DNA of 64,000 nt from Candidatus Poribacteria bacterium (GTDB taxonomy: Bacteria; Poribacteria; WGA-4E; WGA-3G): positions 3,008,001-3,072,000 of the forward strand of contig OZ251518.1 of NCBI GenBank assembly GCA_965242965.1, written 5' to 3'. The translations under genes and the position numbers were made by a program. Positions 38,609-48,058 of this stretch are shown here, one piece after another (position 1 is the stretch's first letter; each line of letters starts with the position of its first letter). A model generated the notes under the pieces. The model did no database searches, was not told where the DNA came from, and saw nothing but the letters and a program-made list of their open reading frames with translations.

Positions 38609-39286
38609 TTGAATCAGAGAGCACCTATCGAAGAACAAATCGATCTTCCTTTCGTTGAGTCGCTGCGGATCAGTTTTCAGAGTTTGAAAATCCGTTTTGG
38701 GCGTTCGATTATCACGACAGCGGGCATTACGCTCGGTATCGCTTTTCTCGTCTCCGTTTGGACGAACAACGAGATTAATCTCGCGCTACAGGAGAGCGGC
38801 AGGCAATCGACAATTAACACATTTGAAGAGACACCGCAACAGGGCATTTCCACAAAGGACATCTGGCTCATCGTCATGTCGCTCATCGTCTGTGTCGTTG
38901 GGATTGCGAACTCGATGCTGATGGCGGTGACAGAGCGGTTCCGCGAGATTGGGACGATGAAATGCCTCGGCGCGTTAGACGGCTTCGTCGTCCGATTATT
39001 CCTGCTTGAATCGGGGTTCCAAGGGTTTTCCGGCGCGCTCATCGGCGCGCTCATCGGCACACTCGGCGCGATTCTCTTGGGACTGAAAGACTACGGGTTG
39101 GATCTGTTCTTCTATTTCCCGTTGTTGCCGGCGCAGCCGGAAAGTGGCGCGATGCAGCTCGGTGTGATAGTTGTCATCTTGCTCGGGTGCATCCTCGGCA
39201 TGATTTTAGCCGTCATCGGCTCGTCATTTCCGGCGTGGCGTGCGGCGAAACTCCCGCCTGCAGAAGCGATGCGGACAGAGGTTTAG
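38609..39286 (+). CDS. ABC transporter permease (FtsX/MacB-like)
   Basis: GIANSMLMAVTERFREIGTMKCLGA, FLLES, PAWRAAKLPPAEAMR. Confidence 0.88.
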   Translation: MNQRAPIEEQIDLPFVESLRISFQSLKIRFGRSIITTAGITLGIAFLVSVWTNNEINLALQESGRQSTINTFEETPQQGISTKDIWLIVMSLIVCVVGIANSMLMAVTERFREIGTMKCLGALDGFVVRLFLLESGFQGFSGALIGALIGTLGAILLGLKDYGLDLFFYFPLLPAQPESGAMQLGVIVVILLGCILGMILAVIGSSFPAWRAAKLPPAEAMRTEV

Positions 39287-39318
39287 GCACCCCCACTGGG
39301 GACTTAAAGGAAAAGACT

Positions 39319-40047
39319 ATGGCTGATATCGTTGTGAAAACGGAGGATGTCGTCAAAGAGTATCGCATGGGCTCGAACGTCCTGCGCGCGTTAGACGGCA
39401 TCAACATTGAGATTCACCGCGGGGAATACATCTCGCTGATGGGGCCCTCCGGCTCCGGCAAATCTACTCTCTTTAACATGATCGGCGCGTTGGACCGGCC
39501 GACGGAGGGACGCGTCTATATTGATGGACAAAACATGTCGCAACTCTCACAACGGCAGATTGCTGCGTTTCGGTGCCATCGTGTCGGCTACATCTTTCAG
39601 AGTTACAACCTGTTGCACGTGCGGAGCGCGCACGGGAATGTAACGCTGCCGATGATTTTCGCCGGCGTTTCGGAGAAACAGCGCAACGAAAAGGCTGAGA
39701 AATTGCTGGACATGGTGGGGTTAGGGGACAGGATTTATCATCTTCCCGATGAGCTCTCCGGTGGACAGCGTCAGCGCGTCGCGATTGCGCGGGCCCTGGC
39801 GAATGACCCGAGTATCATCCTCGCCGATGAACCGACAGCAAACTTGGACACTATCACCGGGCGTGAAATCATCGATTTGATTAAGCGGTTGAACAACGAG
39901 CAGGGGGTTACTGTCATTTCTGCAACGCACGATTTGAAGATGCTTGATGTCTCAGATCGGATTGTCGATATCCGCGATGGGTTGGTAGAGCGCATCCGTA
40001 ACCGCGATGAAATTGAGATTGAGGTTGGGGAAGTCGGTGGAGAGTAG
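39319..40047 (+). CDS. ABC transporter ATP-binding protein (LolD/MacB-like)
   Basis: GPSGSGKST, GYIFQSYNL, LSGGQRQRVAIARAL, ILADEPT, ATHD. Confidence 0.93.
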   Translation: MADIVVKTEDVVKEYRMGSNVLRALDGINIEIHRGEYISLMGPSGSGKSTLFNMIGALDRPTEGRVYIDGQNMSQLSQRQIAAFRCHRVGYIFQSYNLLHVRSAHGNVTLPMIFAGVSEKQRNEKAEKLLDMVGLGDRIYHLPDELSGGQRQRVAIARALANDPSIILADEPTANLDTITGREIIDLIKRLNNEQGVTVISATHDLKMLDVSDRIVDIRDGLVERIRNRDEIEIEVGEVGGE

Positions 40048-40052
40048 GCTGA

Positions 40053-41705
40053 ATGGCGCGAAAAATATCACGCAGAATCAAAACGCTACGTGGGTTTGTG
40101 GCATGGGCAGAACAGTTCACCGATGGGAAATATCTGTTTCGCGGTGTATCTAAGCAGTCATATAAACTGGAAGCGTCTGCCTATCGCCGTTTACCCGAGG
40201 GTGATAAACGAAAACCACACGAGCTCCGCGAGGTGAATAGGGAGTTGTTAGAACGCGCGCGTCTTTTGGGACACGCTCATCGGGATGGCCAGCAGCGTTC
40301 CGACTTGGAGTTGCTGGCAGAGCTCCAGCACTTCGGCGCGGCGACATGCCTGATTGACTTCACACGGAATGCCTTCATCGCGCTCTGGTTTGCCTGCCGG
40401 CAGAGTGCTAGTGGTGATGCGGCAAACGGGAAGGTGTTCGCTGTTCGTGTTGATGAGCCTGTCTGCTTTAAGTCCGTGACACACGAACTGCTAGCATCCG
40501 AGGATATTGACACCTTTTTCGCGGAGGATGACGAGGGTAGGTATCCACTCTATCAGTGGCAGCCCAAGCATCAGAACAACCGCATCATCGCGCAGCAATC
40601 GGTGTTCATCTTTGGGGGTGCCCAAATTGACGTTGCGGCAGAATGCATCATCATCAAAAGTAGCAAGCGCGAACTCCTAGCGTCTCTGGAGAAATTATCG
40701 GGGATTAGTGAGGGAGCTCTGTTTCCTGATTTTGACGGTTTCGCGCGCCTCAATGCCCAGAATAGAGTGTCGATTCAATCCGACCCGGCGGCTTACTTGG
40801 ATCGCGCTGTTGAGGCGCATCAAGAGAGCAAGTGGGACGATGCCCTCGGCTATTACGACGAGGTTCTCTCGTTAAAGCCGGAGAGTCACATTCAAGCAAG
40901 GGCGTATACCGGACGAGGGCTGATTTACAGAAGTAAAGAAGAGTTCGACCTGGCTATCGCGCACTTGACTAAGGCAATTGAGTTAACGGTTGATGATGCT
41001 CACGCTTACAACAACCGTGGGCTTGCTTATGGGCTGAGAGCCGAAATTTATGGGGACGCAGAAAACCGGGAGCGCGCGGTGGAAGACATGGAATCCGCCA
41101 TAAAAGATTACGACGCGGCACTAGCCCGGAACCCCGATTTTTCCGATGCCTATAACAACCGCGGTGCCGCTTACCTCTTCAAAGACGAGTTTGAGTTAGC
41201 CATCGCGGACTGCAGCGAGGCAATAACCCGGAACTCCAATGCTCACGATGCCTATTACAATCGCGCCACTGCTTACCTCTTGAAAGAGGACTTTGATTTG
41301 GCTATTGAGGACTATGATAGGGCGGTAACCCTGAACGCCGATCTTCACGATGCCTACTATAACCGAGCCACTGCCTATTCCTATATTGGCGAATTGGAAT
41401 TGGCCATTGAGGACTACACGAAGGTAGTAGACCTGGATGCAGATGATGCCAATGCCTATTACAGCCGCGGTATCGTCCGGTTGCAACTGGAAAATTGGCA
41501 AGAGGCCAAAGCAGACCTAACCGCTGCAATGCAAAGGGATATGGATATCATTGATGCATTTCAGACTGATTATGAAAGTGTTATCCACTTTGAGCAGGAA
41601 CACGGTATTCAATTACCGGCAGACATCGCCGACTTGCTGACACAGCAAGAACCGTGCCCTCATCTCGTGGAAGCAGAACCTTGTCACTCCCACAGTGAAA
41701 AATAG
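40053..41705 (+). CDS. FRG domain protein with C-terminal TPR repeats
   Basis: YLFRG, LQHFGAATCLIDFT....ALWFAC and NNRIIAQQSVF, followed by repeated AY.NRG.AY TPRs. Confidence 0.88.
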   Translation: MARKISRRIKTLRGFVAWAEQFTDGKYLFRGVSKQSYKLEASAYRRLPEGDKRKPHELREVNRELLERARLLGHAHRDGQQRSDLELLAELQHFGAATCLIDFTRNAFIALWFACRQSASGDAANGKVFAVRVDEPVCFKSVTHELLASEDIDTFFAEDDEGRYPLYQWQPKHQNNRIIAQQSVFIFGGAQIDVAAECIIIKSSKRELLASLEKLSGISEGALFPDFDGFARLNAQNRVSIQSDPAAYLDRAVEAHQESKWDDALGYYDEVLSLKPESHIQARAYTGRGLIYRSKEEFDLAIAHLTKAIELTVDDAHAYNNRGLAYGLRAEIYGDAENRERAVEDMESAIKDYDAALARNPDFSDAYNNRGAAYLFKDEFELAIADCSEAITRNSNAHDAYYNRATAYLLKEDFDLAIEDYDRAVTLNADLHDAYYNRATAYSYIGELELAIEDYTKVVDLDADDANAYYSRGIVRLQLENWQEAKADLTAAMQRDMDIIDAFQTDYESVIHFEQEHGIQLPADIADLLTQQEPCPHLVEAEPCHSHSEK

Positions 41706-41707
41706 GT

Positions 41708-41736
41708 TGACATCTTGGTGGAAACTTGTTATCATA
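41708..41736 (+). promoter_or_regulatory. Putative sigma70 promoter
   Basis: TTGACA-17-TATCAT with TG; TATAAT overlaps it. Confidence 0.6.
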
Positions 41737-41781
41737 TAATGAAAATACCACCTAACTACTTTTACAAGGAGACGAATCTGA

Positions 41782-41934
41782 ATGGCAAGCAAAAAGAACG
41801 CGAATTCCAAAAGCAACGCGGCTGCGAAAACCGGTAAATTCGCAATTGTGAGGGAACCGAAGCGGAACAAAAATCCCTCACGCGCTTCAACTGTCAGGGT
41901 AGTGGCGAGACCTAAGCACGCGCGAAGTTCTTGA
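41782..41934 (+). CDS. Small basic protein (50 aa)
   Basis: Reads MASKKNANSKSNAAAKTGKFAIVREPKRNKNPSRASTVRVVARPKHARSS. AAGGAG RBS and a promoter upstream. Below the ORF-track cutoff. Confidence 0.55.
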   Translation: MASKKNANSKSNAAAKTGKFAIVREPKRNKNPSRASTVRVVARPKHARSS

Positions 41935-42072
41935 TGAAGTCGTTCCCTCTAGACGCGATTAGCACTTTAACTTTATCGCGTCAATGAAAATCGCAGCACC
42001 CGCGCGGTGAATCATAAATCGTTAAAAAGGGGTGGGATTCTTCAGAACCCTGCAATCCCTACGTTAGCCTAC

Positions 42073-43095
42073 CTACTCAATTTCATCCAACGCAACCGGT
42101 CGGTTTTCGCGCAACGATTGCCTCGCAGCGAAACCCATGACGACAGGCACACGTCCATCCTTACCTGTCACTAATGGCGGCGTATCTTCCCGGATGCAGG
42201 TAAAAAAGGCTTGCAATTCGGCAAGAAATGCGGGTTTATAGCGTTCTACGAAGAAATAGGGCGGCGAGGCAGCCCGCGTGCCTTCACTGCCACTAAAGGT
42301 GACAGTATCTGTCAACGGATTTGCCGCCGTTGCCATTCCCTTTGAGCCGAAGACTTCTACACGCTGGTCATAGCCATAAACCGCCTCTCGGCTATTGTCA
42401 ATCGTGCCGATGGCACCGTTGCGGAATTTCAAGGTGATGACAGCGGTGTCAATGTCGCCTGCTTCTCCAATGCTCGGGTCAACGCGCACGCCGCCGGTAG
42501 CGTAAACCTCGGTTACTTCATCGCCGATGAGATAGCGCGCCATGTCAAAATCGTGGATGGTCATGTCTAGAAAGATGCCGCCGGAGACTTTGACGTATTC
42601 AATCGGCGGAGGGCTCGGGTCGCGGCTAGTAATGCGCAGGATGTGCGGCTCACCGATTTCGCCGCCGACGACAGCCTCGCGTATCCGCCGGAAACTCGCG
42701 TCAAACCGGCGATTAAAACCTACCTGAAACTTCACGCCTGTCTTCTCCACGGTAGCCAGCGTCTCGTCAATCTGCGCGAGATCGAAGGAGATGGGTTTCT
42801 CGCAAAAGATATGTTTCCCTGCTTCGGCGGCTTCTTGGCTAATTTGGGCGTGCGTATCGGTTGAGGAGCAGATAAGCACCGCGTCAATCTGTGCATCGGC
42901 TAACAGGGTGGTGTAGTCGTCTGTCACCTTCGGCACATTGAATTGCGCGGCTAGGCTGTTGACGCTCCCCCGGTCTAAACTGCAAATGGCGACGAGTTGG
43001 GCATCAGGTATGTTTTGCGCGATGTGTTCAATGTGCAGTGTGCCGATGCGTCCTGCGCCGATAACGCCGACATTGATTTTAGCGGTTTGGTTCAT
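42073..43095 (-). CDS. iolG: Inositol 2-dehydrogenase
   Basis: GVIGAGRIG, IFCEKP, VGFNRRFD, ITSRDP.PPP, GGIFLDMTIHDFD, YGYDQRVEVFG. Confidence 0.92.
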   Translation of the reverse strand: MNQTAKINVGVIGAGRIGTLHIEHIAQNIPDAQLVAICSLDRGSVNSLAAQFNVPKVTDDYTTLLADAQIDAVLICSSTDTHAQISQEAAEAGKHIFCEKPISFDLAQIDETLATVEKTGVKFQVGFNRRFDASFRRIREAVVGGEIGEPHILRITSRDPSPPPIEYVKVSGGIFLDMTIHDFDMARYLIGDEVTEVYATGGVRVDPSIGEAGDIDTAVITLKFRNGAIGTIDNSREAVYGYDQRVEVFGSKGMATAANPLTDTVTFSGSEGTRAASPPYFFVERYKPAFLAELQAFFTCIREDTPPLVTGKDGRVPVVMGFAARQSLRENRPVALDEIE

Positions 43096-43107
43096 CCGGT
43101 CTTTCTC

Positions 43108-45084
43108 CTAATTTGCGCGATGCGCATCGGTTTCAATATCGCGGATGAGCCGATAGACGCGTCCTGCTTCCCGGTTTTTGTCCAGAAACGCCTGATAACT
43201 TCGATAGGCATCCTCGATGAGTTCGTTGTAAAGGACAACGCGCACATTCTGTTCCGCCATAGTTCTCTTAGATCTCTCCTCTCGTTCGGTATCTGTCCAC
43301 TGCGAGAGAGGTTTTCCTACGATGCAGACAACCTCCACCGGTTCGTTCTTTCCGTTAGCGCGAACCAGTTTCCGGAGTGCCTCCCCGTACTTTTCAACCT
43401 GTTTTAACAGGTCATACTGATCCAATACCTGATCTGCACGTTTGAGTTCAATGATAACGTGCTTCCCCGAGGTCATCTTATACTTAATGTCAAAGCGGCC
43501 CCGTTTCTCTTCGTCGGAGAGCCCGGCATCAAGTTCCGCAAATTCTTTTTGGACGCTTTGCTCCATCAAGGGCGTTTCAGTGGCGCGGTCCCACGAGGGA
43601 TCGAGCAACCAGAGGTGCTCGTAGAGATATTCTTGAACAACTTTTTCCTTCGCGTTGTCTGCCACGTGTAGGTGCAGTGCCTCAATAACCCGGAGCCGTT
43701 CTTGAACGATGCGATAATACAGCGATGCCTCAATATCGTCCAATTCGGCGAAAATCTGGGTAACCGCGTCCAGATTTTCAGGCGTTATCCGCTCTAACGC
43801 CTCCAGTTCCCCTTTGTATTTGATATTCTCAAACGCTAAAACGCACTGTTGATAGAGCCCAACTTTATCCTCTTCGTCTAGGGTGAGTTGGCCAATCTTC
43901 CCAAACAGCGACTTTGCTTGTCGTCTTTCGTCGCGGTTCAGCCCTGCCAACCATTCATCAATGGCAGGCATCTGGCTGGCTTCTTTGGTGCCTTGCTCGG
44001 TACGCAGTGTTGTCCATTGACTCTGGATGTGTTTGAGTTCGCCTCTCACCCAATCTTGAAGGGCGCGGTATCTCGGGTCATCCTTGATAATCTCTTGCCG
44101 GTTCGTGGTAGCGATGTCCTCTGAATCATCCTGATCCAAGAAATCGGCATGGATTTCCCCGATGAGATATTTTGTGTAAAGCCCACCTTCGGAAAAATCT
44201 TCTAGGATATCCTCCTGCGCGAGTTTGCCGCGAACCATGACGACGATCTTGTTGAGGTTATCTTCGGCATCTTTGTCGTTGAGGTCTCCGGATTTTCCGA
44301 CGGTGCCGATCCAACCTGTTACGTTGTAGTCCACTGAGTCCGCTGTCAAGGTTCCTTCCCTTTCTTCTGCGTGTTCAAGCTTCTCTAATCTGCAAGATTG
44401 CTTATACTTCTCACTTTCATCGCCATAGTGCCACAGATATTGGAGTTTGTGGAAGTAGTCTCGATCTGCAATGGTAACAGACTCGCCATTAATTGCAACG
44501 TTGAAATTGTCAGTCCCGATGATACTGAACCGGCGCGCCAACCGCTTCCGCAAAGCCGAGGGAGCCTGGGAAACCCGCTTTTTTAAATCCGTCAGGATAA
44601 TCTGTGTTCCCTCTTCCTTAAGAGTTATCTTAGATTTATCCAGAGGCTTCGGGTGGTACGTACTCTCCTCTTGTTTCATTGCGGATTTAATGTCTTCTAC
44701 CGACATCTCAAAGCCGCTTATGGCCTTATCGGAAACTGTCTGGACTACAACAGTCTCGGCGATGGAAAAGAGGGAGAGTTTGCCGATGCCCTTGCGCCCC
44801 ATCACGGGCCGATTATACTTGGGAGTTTGGGCATCTTCCTTTTTGCGGCGTTCATAACCGACGTTGAGGTATTTCTCGTTAATATCGGTTTCGCTCATGC
44901 CGTGGCCATCGTCGGTGATGATGATTTTGTCCTGCTCAATGACAATCTCAACCGATGTTGCATCCGCATCCCAAGAATTCGCAACGACTTCCGACAGCAC
45001 AGCGGGGACATTGCTATAGAGGTTGAGGCCGAGATGGTTGAGGACGTTGAGACTCATGCGCATCTCATACTTGGGTTTATCCAT
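43108..45084 (-). CDS. GHKL/MORC-type ATPase with C-terminal PD-(D/E)xK nuclease domain (putative restriction component)
   Basis: EVVANSWDADA, DDGHGM, GRKGIGK and GT boxes. C-terminal EKVVQEYLYEHLWLLDP...RFDI...IIELKR. Confidence 0.8.
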   Translation of the reverse strand: MDKPKYEMRMSLNVLNHLGLNLYSNVPAVLSEVVANSWDADATSVEIVIEQDKIIITDDGHGMSETDINEKYLNVGYERRKKEDAQTPKYNRPVMGRKGIGKLSLFSIAETVVVQTVSDKAISGFEMSVEDIKSAMKQEESTYHPKPLDKSKITLKEEGTQIILTDLKKRVSQAPSALRKRLARRFSIIGTDNFNVAINGESVTIADRDYFHKLQYLWHYGDESEKYKQSCRLEKLEHAEEREGTLTADSVDYNVTGWIGTVGKSGDLNDKDAEDNLNKIVVMVRGKLAQEDILEDFSEGGLYTKYLIGEIHADFLDQDDSEDIATTNRQEIIKDDPRYRALQDWVRGELKHIQSQWTTLRTEQGTKEASQMPAIDEWLAGLNRDERRQAKSLFGKIGQLTLDEEDKVGLYQQCVLAFENIKYKGELEALERITPENLDAVTQIFAELDDIEASLYYRIVQERLRVIEALHLHVADNAKEKVVQEYLYEHLWLLDPSWDRATETPLMEQSVQKEFAELDAGLSDEEKRGRFDIKYKMTSGKHVIIELKRADQVLDQYDLLKQVEKYGEALRKLVRANGKNEPVEVVCIVGKPLSQWTDTEREERSKRTMAEQNVRVVLYNELIEDAYRSYQAFLDKNREAGRVYRLIRDIETDAHRAN

Positions 45085-46231
45085 GGGTGTTATCCTCTAC
45101 ATGTTTTTGAATGCTTTCCCCGATAACGGTTGCAAGCCTGACAGGCACGGCATTCCCGATGTGGATACCTAATTGCGTCATTCTCATCGGGGCACCCGGC
45201 TCAAGAAATTCATAATGTTTCGGGAATGTTTGCAGCAGCGCGCCTTCTCGAATTGAGAGTGCCCGGTCTTGCTCGGGATGCCCGAATCTTCCACTACCGA
45301 AGTTATGAAACTGGGTTGTTATCGTCGGGGCGGGTGCATCCCATTCCATACGTCCATAAACCGACGTGTAAGTTTCTCCCGATTTCCTTTGGTGGCATGG
45401 CGCGCGGAGATGCGCATCCCAATCTTTCCATGTGCCGCCCGGTTTTGACTGCTTAATTCGTGCCTGATTCTTAGCCTCAAACTTTCTCGCGCGATGGAGC
45501 AAGTCGGCATCGGACACTTCCCCTGCCGCGATCGGGGGCAAATAATCTATGGTTTCCCGGACCGTCGGACAAGGTTTCAACGTTTCATAATCTTCTGCTT
45601 GGAGGAACGAGATCTCGGCTGCGCAGCCCGATGCGGCGCGCAAATGCGTTTTCGGGAGAAGCGAGATGTCGCACAAAGTGGAAGCAAGCAGCACCAGACG
45701 ACGACGCTTCTGCGGAACGCCATAGTCGGGACAGTAGACTAACTTTTGATAAACCGAATACTTGAGAGTTTCAAGTTTACCAACGAAATCGGCAAAAATG
45801 TCTTCCTTTCTAATAGGCGTGACATTCTCAAAGGCGACAATTTCAGGCTTAACTTCTTCGATTAACCGCCCGAAGTCATTGAGTAGTTCCCACTTCGTAT
45901 CCCGAGGCCGGGCTGTGTCTTTCCTGTATTTTCGCGTATGCACTGAAAAGGGCTGGCACGGGGCACACCCGACAAGCAGTTTAACATCGCCCGGTGGATA
46001 GCGGGCAGAAAGTTCGGGGCCCTTAACTTCACGAATATCTTTTTCGATAAACCTTGCCTTATTGTTTGTCTCAAAGGCATACCGGCACGTCGCATCAACG
46101 TCAAGGCCCGCTCGGACTTTTATGCCCGCTTGCTGAAGCCCGTACGTCAGGCCACCCACACCGCAAAACAGATCCACGGCGGAAATGGATATCGATGTGT
46201 TTCCTTTTTGCAATGCGCTCATGGCAATCAC
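45077..46231 (-). CDS. DNA (cytosine-5) methyltransferase
   Basis: DLFCGVGG (motif I), APCQPFS (IV), FENV (VI), YGVPQKRRR (VIII), RALSIREGALLQTFP (IX), GNAVP (X). Confidence 0.93.
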   Translation of the reverse strand: MIAMSALQKGNTSISISAVDLFCGVGGLTYGLQQAGIKVRAGLDVDATCRYAFETNNKARFIEKDIREVKGPELSARYPPGDVKLLVGCAPCQPFSVHTRKYRKDTARPRDTKWELLNDFGRLIEEVKPEIVAFENVTPIRKEDIFADFVGKLETLKYSVYQKLVYCPDYGVPQKRRRLVLLASTLCDISLLPKTHLRAASGCAAEISFLQAEDYETLKPCPTVRETIDYLPPIAAGEVSDADLLHRARKFEAKNQARIKQSKPGGTWKDWDAHLRAPCHQRKSGETYTSVYGRMEWDAPAPTITTQFHNFGSGRFGHPEQDRALSIREGALLQTFPKHYEFLEPGAPMRMTQLGIHIGNAVPVRLATVIGESIQKHVEDNTHG

Positions 46232-46272
46232 CTGTTGACAGAATATGCGAATTCAGGGAGAAACCCATAATA

Positions 46273-46301
46273 ATTATAGCACAAAACGCAACAATTGTCA
46301 A
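46273..46301 (-). promoter_or_regulatory. Consensus sigma70 promoter for the MTase-MORC pair
   Basis: Perfect TTGACA-17-TATAAT with TG on the minus strand. Confidence 0.7.
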
Positions 46302-46328
46302 AACATGTTTTTCAATCACGCCCGCGCG

Positions 46329-47231
46329 TTATAGGATAGAATGCAAATACGCCAAATTCCGCGCAGCACTCTCACGAGGACTACCCATCCCCGGCAAGAC
46401 ATCCTGCTCCACAACAATCCAACCGTCGTAATTTTGCGCGCGCAATGCGGCGATGACAGCCGGAAAATCGACATCACCTTGCCCAAGCTCGCAGAATACA
46501 CCGTTGCCGACAGACGCGAAGTAATCCCACTTCTCTGCACGAGAACGCGCCGCAATCTCTGGATGGCAATCCTTGAAGTGGACATGCCAGATGCGTTCCG
46601 CATAGCGAGTGTAAAGTTCCAACGGTTCTCCACCGCCGAACCGATAGTGTCCGGTATCAAAGCACAAACCAACCAGCGTTGGCTCTGTGTTTTGCATCAG
46701 CCTGTCTACTTCGGCAGGTGTCTCTACATAGCCTGCGCAGTGTGGGTGAAAAACGGTGCGCAGGCCCGTCTCTTCTCGCACCATATCTGCGATATACTGG
46801 ACACCGTGAACGAAAATCGCCCATTCTTCCGAGGTTAATCCATGTTCGGGACGGATACGTCCGGCGTTGCGGGTTCGCCGTGGAGAAGTGCCGTTATTAT
46901 CTGAAAGCACGATGAAGGGACTCCACGGGTTATCACCTTCAACGGCTGCTAATAGCCGCGCGTACCGCAGTGCCTCCGCCGCGCCTTTGTCATGAAAACG
47001 TGGCTCGGCGAGGGACACCCCGACGAAGGCACCTAACAGTGATAATTCGCGCGCTTGGAGTTCGTTATACAGGGCTGCCGCGTCTGTCGGCATAAACCCC
47101 CAGTCACCGAGTTCGGTACCGCTGTAACCGATGGCGCGCATTTCGTCTAGCACCTGCACGTAGCCGGGTGCTTCGCCGGCTAAGTCAAATTCAAGGACTC
47201 CCCAAGAACATGGGGCGTTTGCGATTTTCAT
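46329..47231 (-). CDS. iolE: Myo-inosose-2 dehydratase-like sugar phosphate isomerase/epimerase (AP endonuclease 2 TIM barrel)
   Basis: IANAPCSWG, GTELG, FHPH...VET, DTGH, HVHFKD, ELGQGDVDF, GWIVVEQD. Located in the inositol gene cluster. Confidence 0.78.
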   Translation of the reverse strand: MKIANAPCSWGVLEFDLAGEAPGYVQVLDEMRAIGYSGTELGDWGFMPTDAAALYNELQARELSLLGAFVGVSLAEPRFHDKGAAEALRYARLLAAVEGDNPWSPFIVLSDNNGTSPRRTRNAGRIRPEHGLTSEEWAIFVHGVQYIADMVREETGLRTVFHPHCAGYVETPAEVDRLMQNTEPTLVGLCFDTGHYRFGGGEPLELYTRYAERIWHVHFKDCHPEIAARSRAEKWDYFASVGNGVFCELGQGDVDFPAVIAALRAQNYDGWIVVEQDVLPGMGSPRESAARNLAYLHSIL

Positions 47232-47311
47232 TTTTGTTGTTCCTAGCGGTGATTTGGCAACCGCTTGGCAGTGGACGTTGTCTTGTTAGGCTGTCTTGAC
47301 GTTGTCAAGCC

Positions 47312-47839
47312 TTACGGTTCTGTCGTGCTTGCGGGTGGTTGTTCGGGCCCTAAGACTTCCTGGAACCGGAGAGTCGGTGAAGCCGCGGGAACCTGCTGCC
47401 CAGACGTGCCACTCACACGATTCTCTGGTGTTCGCGGATGTGGGAGAGTCTCGGCGGAATCGCCGTGGTTCCCGTATTTAAAATGGTGCAGGTAAAACCG
47501 GATAGAACCAGCAACCCCCAGTTGTTCAGTCAGCACCTGCGCCCCAATTTCATAAATCTCAATATCTGTCATATCTCGCATTTCGCTTTGACTTGCGGTG
47601 AATCTGCGGGCTCTGGCGCGTTCTTCCTCTTGCCATTCTAGACGAGTTTGCTTGAGCCTTTCAACGCTGGTATCAATAGGTTCATCTTTCAGCCAATTGT
47701 GCCGGTCGGCGGTGTAATCGCCTGTCCCCGGTTTACACTGGCGGAGGAACCGCGTCGTTTCAGCAGCACCCAGTTTATTGAAAAGTGCCTCTAGCCCGCG
47801 TTCGTAGAGTTCAAGTGCTGTCATCTTTAATACGTTCAT
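47312..47839 (-). CDS. Hypothetical protein made of two tandem copies of a small antitoxin-like domain
   Basis: MTALELYERGLEALFNKLGAAETTRFL and MTDIEIYEIGAQVLTEQLGVAGSIRFY are internal homologues. The first copy also has GTGDYT.DRH.WL. Confidence 0.55.
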   Translation of the reverse strand: MNVLKMTALELYERGLEALFNKLGAAETTRFLRQCKPGTGDYTADRHNWLKDEPIDTSVERLKQTRLEWQEEERARARRFTASQSEMRDMTDIEIYEIGAQVLTEQLGVAGSIRFYLHHFKYGNHGDSAETLPHPRTPENRVSGTSGQQVPAASPTLRFQEVLGPEQPPASTTEP

Positions 47840-48058
47840 TTTAGGTTGCCTCCTGTAACCAAATCTGGCAATGTTGCCGGTATCAATTGGCCCTCGACGG
47901 CGACGAGGAAATCTTTGATGTCGATCGAGCGCAAACGCGAGGAGATATCGCGCAGTGCCTGATTGACTTGACGTAGCAGATGGCAGCGGAGTGGTAATCC
48001 CCGTACGGGTCCCCGAGCTGCACCTGCAGTGTGTCAATCAGTTCGCGGCAGTTCATGT

